Positions 55,252 through 64,000 of a stretch of DNA of 64,000 nucleotides are shown piece by piece. The DNA lies in assembly GCA_000990585.1 (NCBI GenBank), contig LBQD01000001.1, positions 141,501-205,500 of the forward strand, written 5' to 3'. Source of the stretch: Candidatus Moranbacteria bacterium GW2011_GWE2_35_2- (GTDB lineage Bacteria > Patescibacteriota > Minisyncoccia > Moranbacterales > UBA9337). The translations under genes were made by a program, and so were the position numbers. A model generated the notes under the pieces. That model searched no databases and had not been told where the DNA came from. It saw only the letters and a program-made list of their open reading frames with translations. The stretch's first letter is position 1; each line of letters begins with the position of its first letter.

Positions 55252-56400
55252 TTAAAAATTCACTTCGATATCTGTTTCTTTTTCGAAACGGAGAATGTGG
55301 AAAATTGCTTTGTCTCCGGTTTGATAACGACTTATGATTTCCGCCAAAGAATTATCGGGGTTCACCTCTTTTCCATCGACTGAAATTATTATATCTCCCA
55401 ATAAAAGCCCTGCTTTTTCCCCGTTTGATTCAGACAAAAATGCTAAACTTTGAATTCCAGAAGGAGAAAAAATCAAAGCACCTTTTTCCTTGGAACTTTT
55501 TCCCGATGCGGCATATGATTTCGTCAGCGAAATATAGTAGATTCCCAATTTTGCTCGCTCCTTTAATTTTCCATTTATCACTAATCCAATTGAACGATTG
55601 ATCTCATTAGCGGGAATGATAAAATATTTATCCTGATTATCGATTTTTATTTTCCCGATCAATCCAATCGCATCTCCATTATAATCAACCGCCGGTCCGC
55701 CAATAAATCGATCTGATAAGTCTGCTCCGATTCCCAGCACTCCCTCGAATTTATCTGAAAATGAAACGGTTTTTCCCGCTAGATTAAATGTATTTTCCGG
55801 CGAACTTATGATTCCCATCGCTAACTGGTTTTGATATTGCATAGCGGAATTTCCCAAAACTATTATTTTTTTTCCTGCTTCAATCTCATCTGAATTAACA
55901 AAAGAAATAGTTGGTAGATTTGATTTGGAAATTCGCAAATACACTAGATTAGAATAATCATCAATTCCCGCCAGTTCGGCATCATATTCCGAACCATCGG
56001 AAATAAAAATTTTATATGCCGCGTCTTCCGCAATAATCGCATCAAGATATGTCACAATCAATCCGTCACCAGTAACCACGAAACCCGATCCATTTTTTAA
56101 TAACCCGCTTTTGCCAATGGACAAAATATTAACCATTGCGCTTGATGGACGAGAAATTATTCTCCCAATCGAATCTTCTTCTTTTACTATAACTTGCTCG
56201 GTTTTTTCAATAACAGTAACGTTTTCATTAGCCTTTTTCAAAAAAGCGCACTTGGAAAAAAACGGATATTGGGATATTTTCGGAAGCAAATATCGGTCAG
56301 AAAAAACTCCGCCAATTCCGCCGATCACGAAAATCGCAATCACAAACAGAATAATCTTTATTAGCTTTTTTCCCCCGAATTTTTCGACATTATCATTCAT
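55252..56400 (-). CDS. HtrA/DegP-like trypsin-PDZ protein lacking the catalytic triad
   Basis: GSGFVV..DGLIVT, GN, GIIS, GGP, PDZ; triad positions read D, N and I. Confidence 0.85.
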   Translation of the reverse strand: MNDNVEKFGGKKLIKIILFVIAIFVIGGIGGVFSDRYLLPKISQYPFFSKCAFLKKANENVTVIEKTEQVIVKEEDSIGRIISRPSSAMVNILSIGKSGLLKNGSGFVVTGDGLIVTYLDAIIAEDAAYKIFISDGSEYDAELAGIDDYSNLVYLRISKSNLPTISFVNSDEIEAGKKIIVLGNSAMQYQNQLAMGIISSPENTFNLAGKTVSFSDKFEGVLGIGADLSDRFIGGPAVDYNGDAIGLIGKIKIDNQDKYFIIPANEINRSIGLVINGKLKERAKLGIYYISLTKSYAASGKSSKEKGALIFSPSGIQSLAFLSESNGEKAGLLLGDIIISVDGKEVNPDNSLAEIISRYQTGDKAIFHILRFEKETDIEVNF

Positions 56401-56434
56401 ATTTTTTAAAATTAATTAATTTGAATATCTTACT

Positions 56435-57172
56435 TTACACATTGGGAAGCCAGCGTGAGCTGAAAAGAATAAATCCTATCAGAAAACCAAACAAAACCAT
56501 ATTGGCGACAACTCTTTTTTTTGAAAGCAAATTCAAAAAATAACTTTGCACCATATCCCATATAATATAATAAAACATCAGCAGAATTGCGCCAGTAGTA
56601 AGATAACCAAACGGCCAAAAATTCACCACCCACGAGATTTCCGCCATAATCAATCCCATAATTATACTGTATCTCCACACAGCTAACTTTTCCGAATTTA
56701 TTATTTTCAAATACTGATAACTTACCAAAAAAGTAACTACCAAAAAAACCATCATTAATATCCAAAGAGAAATGGCAAAATTCAAATACACTCCATAGGT
56801 TGATGTATAGAAAAAAAAGAGTGTAGTCATCAAAGAGGCTGCCATCAATCCTTTGGCGGTCTGGTCCATTTTATAACGTTTAAGACGGCATTCACTCAGG
56901 AATGTTATATATTGCATAAAAGAACTCGCTACAATAAATATTTGCTTTTCAATCCCCGTATCAATCAAATATAAAAGTAAAACTGATGAAACTGAAAAAA
57001 CCACCGGAATAATTGAAAAATAATTCTTGCAAGAAATTCTTCTGTTCGCCCAAAAGGCGACAAATGGCAATAGAAACAAAGCATAAAAAAACATCCTCGG
57101 ATAAAAGGCAACTAGCTCCATTCCCGCAAAAAATATCAACGAGAAAAAAAATGACGCAAAATGAAAAAACAC
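56435..57172 (-). CDS. Polytopic membrane protein (DUF5656-like)
   Basis: About 8 TMs; GL.MAE..W...FWP. Confidence 0.7.
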   Translation of the reverse strand: MFFHFASFFFSLIFFAGMELVAFYPRMFFYALFLLPFVAFWANRRISCKNYFSIIPVVFSVSSVLLLYLIDTGIEKQIFIVASSFMQYITFLSECRLKRYKMDQTAKGLMAASLMTTLFFFYTSTYGVYLNFAISLWILMMVFLVVTFLVSYQYLKIINSEKLAVWRYSIIMGLIMAEISWVVNFWPFGYLTTGAILLMFYYIIWDMVQSYFLNLLSKKRVVANMVLFGFLIGFILFSSRWLPNV

Positions 57173-57226
57173 AAAATTTAGAAATTAAAACTTATCTGTT
57201 TTCTATTAACCGAAAAACTTTCCGTA

Positions 57227-59839
57227 TTACCGCAAAACTATCTTTCCCTTTGAAAGTACCGCATTCACCATATCTCCTTCTCTTATTCTACCCTCAATTA
57301 TCCGAAGCGCCAACTCATCCAAAATTTCCAACTGAATAACTCTTTTTAATGGCCTGGCTCCATATGACGGATCATATCCTTTTTCAGTAAGATATTTTTC
57401 TACTTTATTTTCTATTTTCAAATGAATTCCTTTTTTGCTTAGTCGCTGGCGCACTATTTCAAGTTGCAATTGCACTATTTTTTCCAATGTTTTTTTTCCG
57501 AGCGGATGAAATATTATTATATCATCCAAACGATTCAAAAATTCAGGTTTGAAATTTCTTCGCAAACTCTCCATTATTTTTTCCCGTATTTCTTTTTCGT
57601 TTATAGAACTCCCGTCTCGCTTGTGACGAAAACCAACCTCATGCATTTTATAAATCAAATCAGATCCAATATTTGATGTCATTATTATCACCGCGTTCTT
57701 GAAATTAACAACTCTTCCTTTTGCATCCGTGAGCCTCCCATCATCAAGAAGCTGTAAAAGAATATTGAACACTTGTGGATGCGCTTTTTCTATTTCATCA
57801 AACAAAATCACACTGAACGGTCTGCGCCTAACTATTTCCGTAAGTTGCCCGCCTTCTTCATATCCGACATATCCCGGCGGCGAACCGATAATTTTTGCGG
57901 TTGAATGCGGTTCCATATATTCACTCATATCCAAACGTACCATTGCTCTTTCATCATTAAAAAGCAATTCCGTAAGTGCTTTTGCTAACTCCGTTTTTCC
58001 AACTCCAGTAGGACCAAGAAAAATAAATGAACCGATCGGTCTGTTTTCTTCGGAAATCCCCGCTCGCGATCTTCGAATTGCATTTGCTACCGATTTTATC
58101 GCCTCTTCTTGTCCAATAACTCTTTTTCCGATTTCACCTTCCGCATTCGCCAATTTTTTTATCTCTCCTTGTAACATTTTTGAAACAGGAATATTGGTCC
58201 AGCGCGAAACTACTTTCGCGATATCTTCTTCCACAACTTCTTCTTTTAGTATTCCTTCGTTTTTTTGAATTTTATTCAATTTTACACTTTCCCGTTTTAT
58301 TTTTTTCTCCAATTCCGGAATTTTTCCATATCGAATTTCAGCCACCTTCTCAAGTTTTCCTTGACGCTCCAAAACATCTGCCTCCGATTTTAGCTGATCA
58401 ATTTCCTTTTTCCCTTTTCTTATTGTCATAATCAAATCCTTTTCCGATTTCCATTGGAGACTTATTTTTTGAAATTTCTCTTTAAGATTGGCTATTTCTT
58501 TAGATATTTCATTTATTTTTTTCTTAGTCTTACTATTTTTTTCTCTTTCCAGCGCTTTTTTCTCAATTTCCATACGACGAATATTTCTTTCCATCTGATC
58601 AATTTCCGCCGGCATTGAATCAATTTCTATCTTCAGTGAAGATGCCGCTTCATCAATCAAATCAACTGCTTTGTCTGGCAAAAATCTGTCACTAATATAG
58701 CGCGAGGAAAGGTTAACTGCTGCCAAAATAGCTTCGTCGGTAATTTTTACGCCATGATGAATTTCATATTTCTCTTTGATGCCACGCAAAATTGCTACCG
58801 CATCCTGAATTGAAGGCTCAGAAACCAAAACCGGCTGAAATCTTCTTTCGAGCGCCGCATCTTTTTCAATATATTTTTGATATTCTCTGATTGTAGTCGC
58901 GCCGATTGTTTTCATTTTCCCTCGCGCCAAAGCGGGCTTTAACATATTAGAAGCATCCAACGCTCCCTCACTTGCTCCCGCTCCAACCAAAGTATGAAGT
59001 TCATCTATAAAAACAATATGTTTTCCCGCTGATCTTTCAATTTCTTTTAAAATTGCTTTGAGCCTGTCTTCAAATTCTCCTCTAAACTTGGCACCTGCCA
59101 AAAGAGCACCTAAATCCAAACTCACAATTTCCTTATCGCGGAGATTTTCCGGAACATCTCCAGAAACAATTCTCTGCGCGAGACCTTCAATAATTGCTGT
59201 TTTTCCTGTTCCCGCTTCTCCGATTAAAACAGGATTATTTTTTGTTCTTCGGCTTAAAACTTGCACGACGCGACGAATTTCTGCGTCTCTTCCAATTACC
59301 GGATCCAGCTTTTCATTTCTTGCCAATTGTGTCAAATTAATTGTATATTTTTCCAATGACTGGAATTTACCTTCCGGTTCCGGACTATCCACCCTCTGAT
59401 TTCCGCGAATTTCCGAAAGAATTTTTAATACTTTATCATAATTTATTCCTCTTTTTTCTAGGATTTTTCTTGCTATATTTTGCACAGACAACACTGCTAA
59501 AAAAAGATGCTCGGTGGAAATAAAATCATCTTTCATCATTTCCATTTCCTTTCCAGCCTGTTCTATGATTCTAGTCAGATCTTGACTCACATAAATTTGT
59601 CCGACTGCACCTGCCGAACTCTTTGGCATTTTTTCTATTTCACTCGCAAGCTCTCCGACAATATCATCAATATTAATTTCCATTTTGCGCAAAACAACCG
59701 AAACGATAGAATCACTTTGAACAATCAGTGTAGAAAGTAAGTGAAAAACATCAACTTGCATTTGATTATAGGATAAGGCTTTTTCCTGCGCCGCGCGCAA
59801 CGCTTCTTGACTTTTATTTGTGAGCTTATTTATATCCAT
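57227..59839 (-). CDS. clpB: AAA+ disaggregase ClpB
   Basis: Two NBDs ([16 protein letters not shown]), M-domain coiled coil, GYVGYEEGG. Confidence 0.97.
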   Translation of the reverse strand: MDINKLTNKSQEALRAAQEKALSYNQMQVDVFHLLSTLIVQSDSIVSVVLRKMEINIDDIVGELASEIEKMPKSSAGAVGQIYVSQDLTRIIEQAGKEMEMMKDDFISTEHLFLAVLSVQNIARKILEKRGINYDKVLKILSEIRGNQRVDSPEPEGKFQSLEKYTINLTQLARNEKLDPVIGRDAEIRRVVQVLSRRTKNNPVLIGEAGTGKTAIIEGLAQRIVSGDVPENLRDKEIVSLDLGALLAGAKFRGEFEDRLKAILKEIERSAGKHIVFIDELHTLVGAGASEGALDASNMLKPALARGKMKTIGATTIREYQKYIEKDAALERRFQPVLVSEPSIQDAVAILRGIKEKYEIHHGVKITDEAILAAVNLSSRYISDRFLPDKAVDLIDEAASSLKIEIDSMPAEIDQMERNIRRMEIEKKALEREKNSKTKKKINEISKEIANLKEKFQKISLQWKSEKDLIMTIRKGKKEIDQLKSEADVLERQGKLEKVAEIRYGKIPELEKKIKRESVKLNKIQKNEGILKEEVVEEDIAKVVSRWTNIPVSKMLQGEIKKLANAEGEIGKRVIGQEEAIKSVANAIRRSRAGISEENRPIGSFIFLGPTGVGKTELAKALTELLFNDERAMVRLDMSEYMEPHSTAKIIGSPPGYVGYEEGGQLTEIVRRRPFSVILFDEIEKAHPQVFNILLQLLDDGRLTDAKGRVVNFKNAVIIMTSNIGSDLIYKMHEVGFRHKRDGSSINEKEIREKIMESLRRNFKPEFLNRLDDIIIFHPLGKKTLEKIVQLQLEIVRQRLSKKGIHLKIENKVEKYLTEKGYDPSYGARPLKRVIQLEILDELALRIIEGRIREGDMVNAVLSKGKIVLR

Positions 59840-59843
59840 AATA

Positions 59844-61169
59844 TTATTTCCTTTCTTCTAATTTAATTTGGACTTCTTTTATTTCGCCTTTGTGCCAAAA
59901 TTTTACTGCAATATTTTCTCCTACTTCATGTTGAGAAACCAAATCAGAAAGAGTCTTTTTCTCGGTTATTTTTTCTTCTGCTATTTCCAAAATTATATCA
60001 TTCTCTACAATCCCCGCTTTGTCTGCCGGAGAAGCCGGTGTTACTGCTAAATCTGTGATTTTTTCTCCACGAACCACTAAAGCGCCGTAGTCAAAAGGCA
60101 AATTATTTTCTTTTTGTATTTCTCCATTAATAATCGCGTATCTTACCCCAATAAAAGGCACAGAAATTTTTCCATTTTCATTGATTTGATCCAAGGTTTT
60201 TTTCACGACATTTACAGGGAGAGCAAATCCGATATTTTCCGCTCCTTGCGCCACTGCCACATTAACTCCGATAACATCTCCGTTTATATCCAAAAGTGGT
60301 CCGCCAGAATTGCCGGGATTTATCGCCGCGTCAGTTTGTATTATTCCCATAAGTTTTTCAGAATCTCCCATTCCCGAACCGGCAACAATATCTCTCTTTA
60401 ATCCAGAAATTATTCCCAAACTCACACTATTGGAAAATTCTCCAAGCGGATTTCCGATAGCAATCACGGATTGTCCTACTTTCAAATTATCCGAATCTCC
60501 CAAATCAATAGCGGAAAAATTATTTCCTTCTATTTTTAATAAAGCGATATCCATAGTCGGATGCCTCGCAATAATAGTTGCTTTATGTTCTTGGCTGTCA
60601 CTTGTGATAACAGTATATTCCGCATTTTCGTCACTAACTACATGCTTATTTGTCACGACAATTCCATCCATCGAAACAATAAAACCGGATCCGCCACCAA
60701 TTTCCATTTTTTCCGTAGACCCACTATTACTACTATTATCATCAAATGGAGAAAAAAACGGCCTGAACCCAAATGGGTCATCAAAGAAACTTCGAAATTT
60801 TGGAACATCTTTAGAAACTATAATACTCACAACGCTAACATTAGCCTTCTCTACGGCATTTACCACAGAAGATTCCTTATCTGAAATAGAAATAGTTTCG
60901 GACTTAATCCCTTTTATTTCTTCTTTCTTATTAAAATATTTTGCTGTCAACCCTCCAGATAAAAATCCGAACAGCGCACCAAAAAACGAAGAAAAAAATA
61001 TTAACAAAATAACCGCAAAAAATATCTTTTTCTTTGTTCCCGTGCAACATTCCAGTTCGTCTTGAATATTTTGCATCTTTTTGTCTTCCGGTTTATCTAT
61101 ATCAACAATACTATTAAACATATTTTCAATATTTTCTTTTTTTATTTTTTCTTTTTTCATATAAAACAA
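59844..61169 (-). CDS. htrA: HtrA/DegP serine protease with PDZ
   Basis: [25 protein letters not shown]. Confidence 0.95.
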   Translation of the reverse strand: MFYMKKEKIKKENIENMFNSIVDIDKPEDKKMQNIQDELECCTGTKKKIFFAVILLIFFSSFFGALFGFLSGGLTAKYFNKKEEIKGIKSETISISDKESSVVNAVEKANVSVVSIIVSKDVPKFRSFFDDPFGFRPFFSPFDDNSSNSGSTEKMEIGGGSGFIVSMDGIVVTNKHVVSDENAEYTVITSDSQEHKATIIARHPTMDIALLKIEGNNFSAIDLGDSDNLKVGQSVIAIGNPLGEFSNSVSLGIISGLKRDIVAGSGMGDSEKLMGIIQTDAAINPGNSGGPLLDINGDVIGVNVAVAQGAENIGFALPVNVVKKTLDQINENGKISVPFIGVRYAIINGEIQKENNLPFDYGALVVRGEKITDLAVTPASPADKAGIVENDIILEIAEEKITEKKTLSDLVSQHEVGENIAVKFWHKGEIKEVQIKLEERK

Positions 61170-61257
61170 AACATAAAATTAAAAAATAATTATGTCCATA
61201 AAAGGAACCAGGAGAGAGGCGCAAAAAGCGCCTCCTCAATTAATACAAAATTTTTTC

Positions 61258-61440
61258 TTATTCTTCGACTGAAATAGCATTTACCGGACAACTTTCCGTT
61301 GCTTCTTGACAATTACAATCTTCACAATTTTCCGAAATAACATGAGATTTTCCATCCTCAATCTTAAACACATTCGGGCAAAGAGCTTCACACGTTCCAC
61401 ACCCGATACAAAGATCCTCACTAACTATTGGCTTTGACAT
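61258..61440 (-). CDS. Single-cluster 4Fe-4S ferredoxin
   Basis: CIGCGTC...CP and CPVNAI. Confidence 0.92.
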   Translation of the reverse strand: MSKPIVSEDLCIGCGTCEALCPNVFKIEDGKSHVISENCEDCNCQEATESCPVNAISVEE

Positions 61441-61487
61441 ATTTTTTATTTAATTTAATTATTATTTTTTTAAATACCATCACATTA

Positions 61488-62552
61488 TTACAAAATAAAA
61501 CTATCTTCATTTTGTTCAAATTCACGCAAATCACTATCTGAAAATTCAACTGATCCGGAAGATAAATCCCAAAAATATCCATCAATAAAAATCCAAACTT
61601 TTCTTTTTTTCATTTCTTCATTTAACCAATCATTCAAATTAGTTTTAGGGCGAAAGATTTGCCTCACTCTAATTAGCTCTTTGTCATTTTCAATCTTCTT
61701 TTCCTCCACTTCTATGATATGATAGCCTAATTCACTTTCTATTACGCCGCTTCTACCCCCTTCTTTCAATGAAAAAGATGTCTCCGCCAATTCATCCAAA
61801 ATTTGCTCTCGCGAAAACCACCCCAATTCTCCGCCCTGCTCAGCTGTTTCTCCTTGTGAAAATTCCTTTACTATGGAAACAAAATCCCCTCCATTAGACA
61901 ATTTTTCCCAAGCTTGTTGCATCCTATCTTTTTGTTTATCATTTTCTTTTTGATTATATTCCTTTTGAATAATTTTTTCCATCTCATCGCGATACAAACT
62001 TGGACGGACAATCTTCTTTTTAAAATCTTCCATACTCCATCCGTATAATTTTTCCAAATTGTTTTTTATTTTTTCTTCATTTCCAAACTCTTCAATTTTT
62101 CTGGAAACGTTCTGATCAACATCCTCTTTTGAAATTATTATTTTATTTTCTTCTGCCACTAATTCAATAACTTTATCTGCTATCAATTTATTCAAAATAT
62201 CTTTTTCTTTTATTTTTAAACGCTTTTTTCCGTCTTCCGTAGAGAAATCAACACGCAAACCTTCCTTGGAAAAATCCTGATTTTCATAAAAATTTTTAAC
62301 CGATTGCAAATCTTCATTAAGATTTGACAAACTTATAAAATGATAATAATCCACTGCTACAGCGGGAAAATGAATATAAGCAACTATTTTTTTCGCAAAA
62401 CTATTTTCATAATTTCGATAAATAAAAAAACTTAACAAAACAAAAATAAACAGAATAAAAACGCCGAAAGACATGGCTGCCGTCCACCAGCTCACTTTTT
62501 TTTCCTTTTTTTCCTTCCCATTCCTGCTCATTAATTTTTTATAAATTACCAA
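61488..62552 (-). CDS. PrsA/SurA-like foldase (parvulin PPIase)
   Basis: TM, SurA-N helical region, F....EFS......GGELGW, ESELGYHII. Confidence 0.88.
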   Translation of the reverse strand: MVIYKKLMSRNGKEKKEKKVSWWTAAMSFGVFILFIFVLLSFFIYRNYENSFAKKIVAYIHFPAVAVDYYHFISLSNLNEDLQSVKNFYENQDFSKEGLRVDFSTEDGKKRLKIKEKDILNKLIADKVIELVAEENKIIISKEDVDQNVSRKIEEFGNEEKIKNNLEKLYGWSMEDFKKKIVRPSLYRDEMEKIIQKEYNQKENDKQKDRMQQAWEKLSNGGDFVSIVKEFSQGETAEQGGELGWFSREQILDELAETSFSLKEGGRSGVIESELGYHIIEVEEKKIENDKELIRVRQIFRPKTNLNDWLNEEMKKRKVWIFIDGYFWDLSSGSVEFSDSDLREFEQNEDSFIL

Positions 62553-62943
62553 AAAAATAACTAAACCATTTTTTATAATTTGCTTCTTTATTTTCCGTTT
62601 TCATTTTCAGATCTTCTTTGTTATCATTATTATTCTCGACATCATCAATTATTGCGGAAACGCTTTGTTTTACGGAAACAATTTGTTCATCCTGTTTTTG
62701 CATATTTAATCTCTCCTTAGCAATCCTTTCCTTGTACGCTTCAGTTTTAAAATATTCAATTTTTTCACTCAAATGAGCATTATTTTCTTTTAACTGCTCT
62801 GCTTGCTTGCTTAATTTTTCTATTTCCTTGTTTATTTTTTGATTTCTATTATATTCATTGAATGAAGGAATAAATAATAAAACAATCAACGCTAAAACAC
62901 CTACAAATATTCCAGTGGAAAAAATTAAATTTGTTCTACTCAT
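62539..62943 (-). CDS. Septum formation initiator (FtsB/DivIC-like)
   Basis: TM + coiled coil + ERIAKERLNM...DE. Confidence 0.85.
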   Translation of the reverse strand: MSRTNLIFSTGIFVGVLALIVLLFIPSFNEYNRNQKINKEIEKLSKQAEQLKENNAHLSEKIEYFKTEAYKERIAKERLNMQKQDEQIVSVKQSVSAIIDDVENNNDNKEDLKMKTENKEANYKKWFSYFFGNL

Positions 62944-62953
62944 CTCAATTGAT

Positions 62954-63064
62954 TTAATATAAAAACAATGGAGCAATCAAAAAAACAATCATAGCAACAA
63001 CTGCAAGAAGCGAAATACCTACCCAGATTATTTTGATTTTTTTTCGAAACCTTTTATCATGCAT
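62954..63064 (-). CDS. Unannotated 36-aa membrane microprotein
   Basis: MHDKRFRKKIKIIWVGISLLAVVAMIVFLIAPLFLY; basic N-terminus + one TM; ends 10 nt before the FtsB-like start. Confidence 0.65.
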   Translation of the reverse strand: MHDKRFRKKIKIIWVGISLLAVVAMIVFLIAPLFLY

Positions 63065-63118
63065 ACAATAATCTTAACAAATTTTTTAAAAAAATAAAAT
63101 ACCTCGAAATATCCGGTA

Positions 63119-64000
63119 TTAATTTTCTGAAAATTCCAAATTTAAGTCTTTTTTAAGAATTCCCTCATAATCAAACTCTCCTTTGCTATTTTTCATATGA
63201 ACTTTTATCGGAACATCTCCCACTCCTGACTGCTTTTGAATAAGTAGGCGATACTCCTTTTCCTTAAATTCAGATGGAAGTTCGTATTTTATATATGCTT
63301 CCGTTTGTCCATTGATAAGAACATGGCAGATAAATCCAAAATAAGTTTTTCCAAAATCCTCATCAATCAATGGATAGCTAACCATTTTACGATCAATGAG
63401 TGTTGACCCTTTGGGAACATATACACGCAAATATGAATGATAATCACTAGTTCTCCAATCACCATAAGTGGCATTATGTTTATATAAAATTTTCAACTCG
63501 ACAGTTGGCTTTTCAGTTGTCAAATCAATATTATACGAAACACTGCGATCAATAAAATAATCGGATTTTAACGCTCCCATATTCGCATCCACCATCATCA
63601 AATAATCATCGTTCCAATCCTGAGCAACTTTACCATCCCAATGAACTTTTTCTATGGATGCTTGTAATTGGGCATCATTGAAATTAAACATAACATTTTT
63701 ATTGCGAAGCTCTTCTAAGACAAACTCTGAAATTTTTGGAATATTATTGATATGCGCTAATTTTTCAATAATCACATTTGCCATAATTTTCATTATCGCT
63801 TTTCTATTGGTTGTATCGATATTTGGATTTTCAATGTAAGCTTTTTCCACAACTTCTTCCAGCTTCAAAACAGCATTCTCGCTAGTAAACTCCGTAGCGT
63901 AACCAGGAACAGTGATTGGTCCGGTTAATTTTAAGACATTCGCAAAAACATCCGAATTCACCGCAATAACTCCGTCAAAATTACTATTTCCCCCGCTAAG
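63119..64000 (-). CDS. DUF4012-like extracytoplasmic protein (N-terminus beyond the window)
   Basis: FDGVIAV, TGPI, VDANMG..KSD, YLRVYVP.GS, Y.LLIQKQSG. Confidence 0.8.
   Translation of the reverse strand, partial: LSGGNSNFDGVIAVNSDVFANVLKLTGPITVPGYATEFTSENAVLKLEEVVEKAYIENPNIDTTNRKAIMKIMANVIIEKLAHINNIPKISEFVLEELRNKNVMFNFNDAQLQASIEKVHWDGKVAQDWNDDYLMMVDANMGALKSDYFIDRSVSYNIDLTTEKPTVELKILYKHNATYGDWRTSDYHSYLRVYVPKGSTLIDRKMVSYPLIDEDFGKTYFGFICHVLINGQTEAYIKYELPSEFKEKEYRLLIQKQSGVGDVPIKVHMKNSKGEFDYEGILKKDLNLEFSEN

Noticed and set aside
1-64000. Alternative genetic code (UGA=Gly, code 25)
   Set aside because: Conserved genes translate full-length in code 11 and several end in TGA.

Overview
AT-rich chromosomal segment from a Patescibacteria/CPR (Parcubacteria, probably Moranbacteria-like) genome using genetic code 11; the taxonomy is inferred from gene content and style. 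Most of it is housekeeping: envelope glycosylation, priA, gltX, rrf2-iscS-iscU, pyrH-secF-secD-secA-hpf, murB-murC-murG-ftsW, trmD, cysS, rpmB/rpmE/rpmG, rpsB-tsf, clpB, two HtrA paralogues and a Thr-Tyr-Thr-Trp tRNA cluster. Gene orientation converges near 17 kb, where a dif-like site flanks an orphan nuclease, so this is possibly the replication terminus. The strongest unexplained signals are: (1) a self-contained operon (promoter and terminator) of two well-folded tRNAs whose anticodons do not match their bodies (Leu/Ser-type body with a U-C-UUU-G-G loop; Gly-type body with AGC), next to a 2',3'-cyclic phosphodiesterase and near a divergent RtcB; (2) two integrase-less cassettes stacked at the 3' end of tRNA-Trp, with reconstructable att junctions, carrying an alpha/beta hydrolase and a unit of unannotated 40-aa peptide + radical SAM enzyme + shortened TyrRS; (3) several families of small palindromic and heptamer repeats inserted in-frame into proteins; (4) a SecD with an internal parvulin domain and a catalytically dead HtrA paralogue. 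All assignments are by eye and none were checked against databases.
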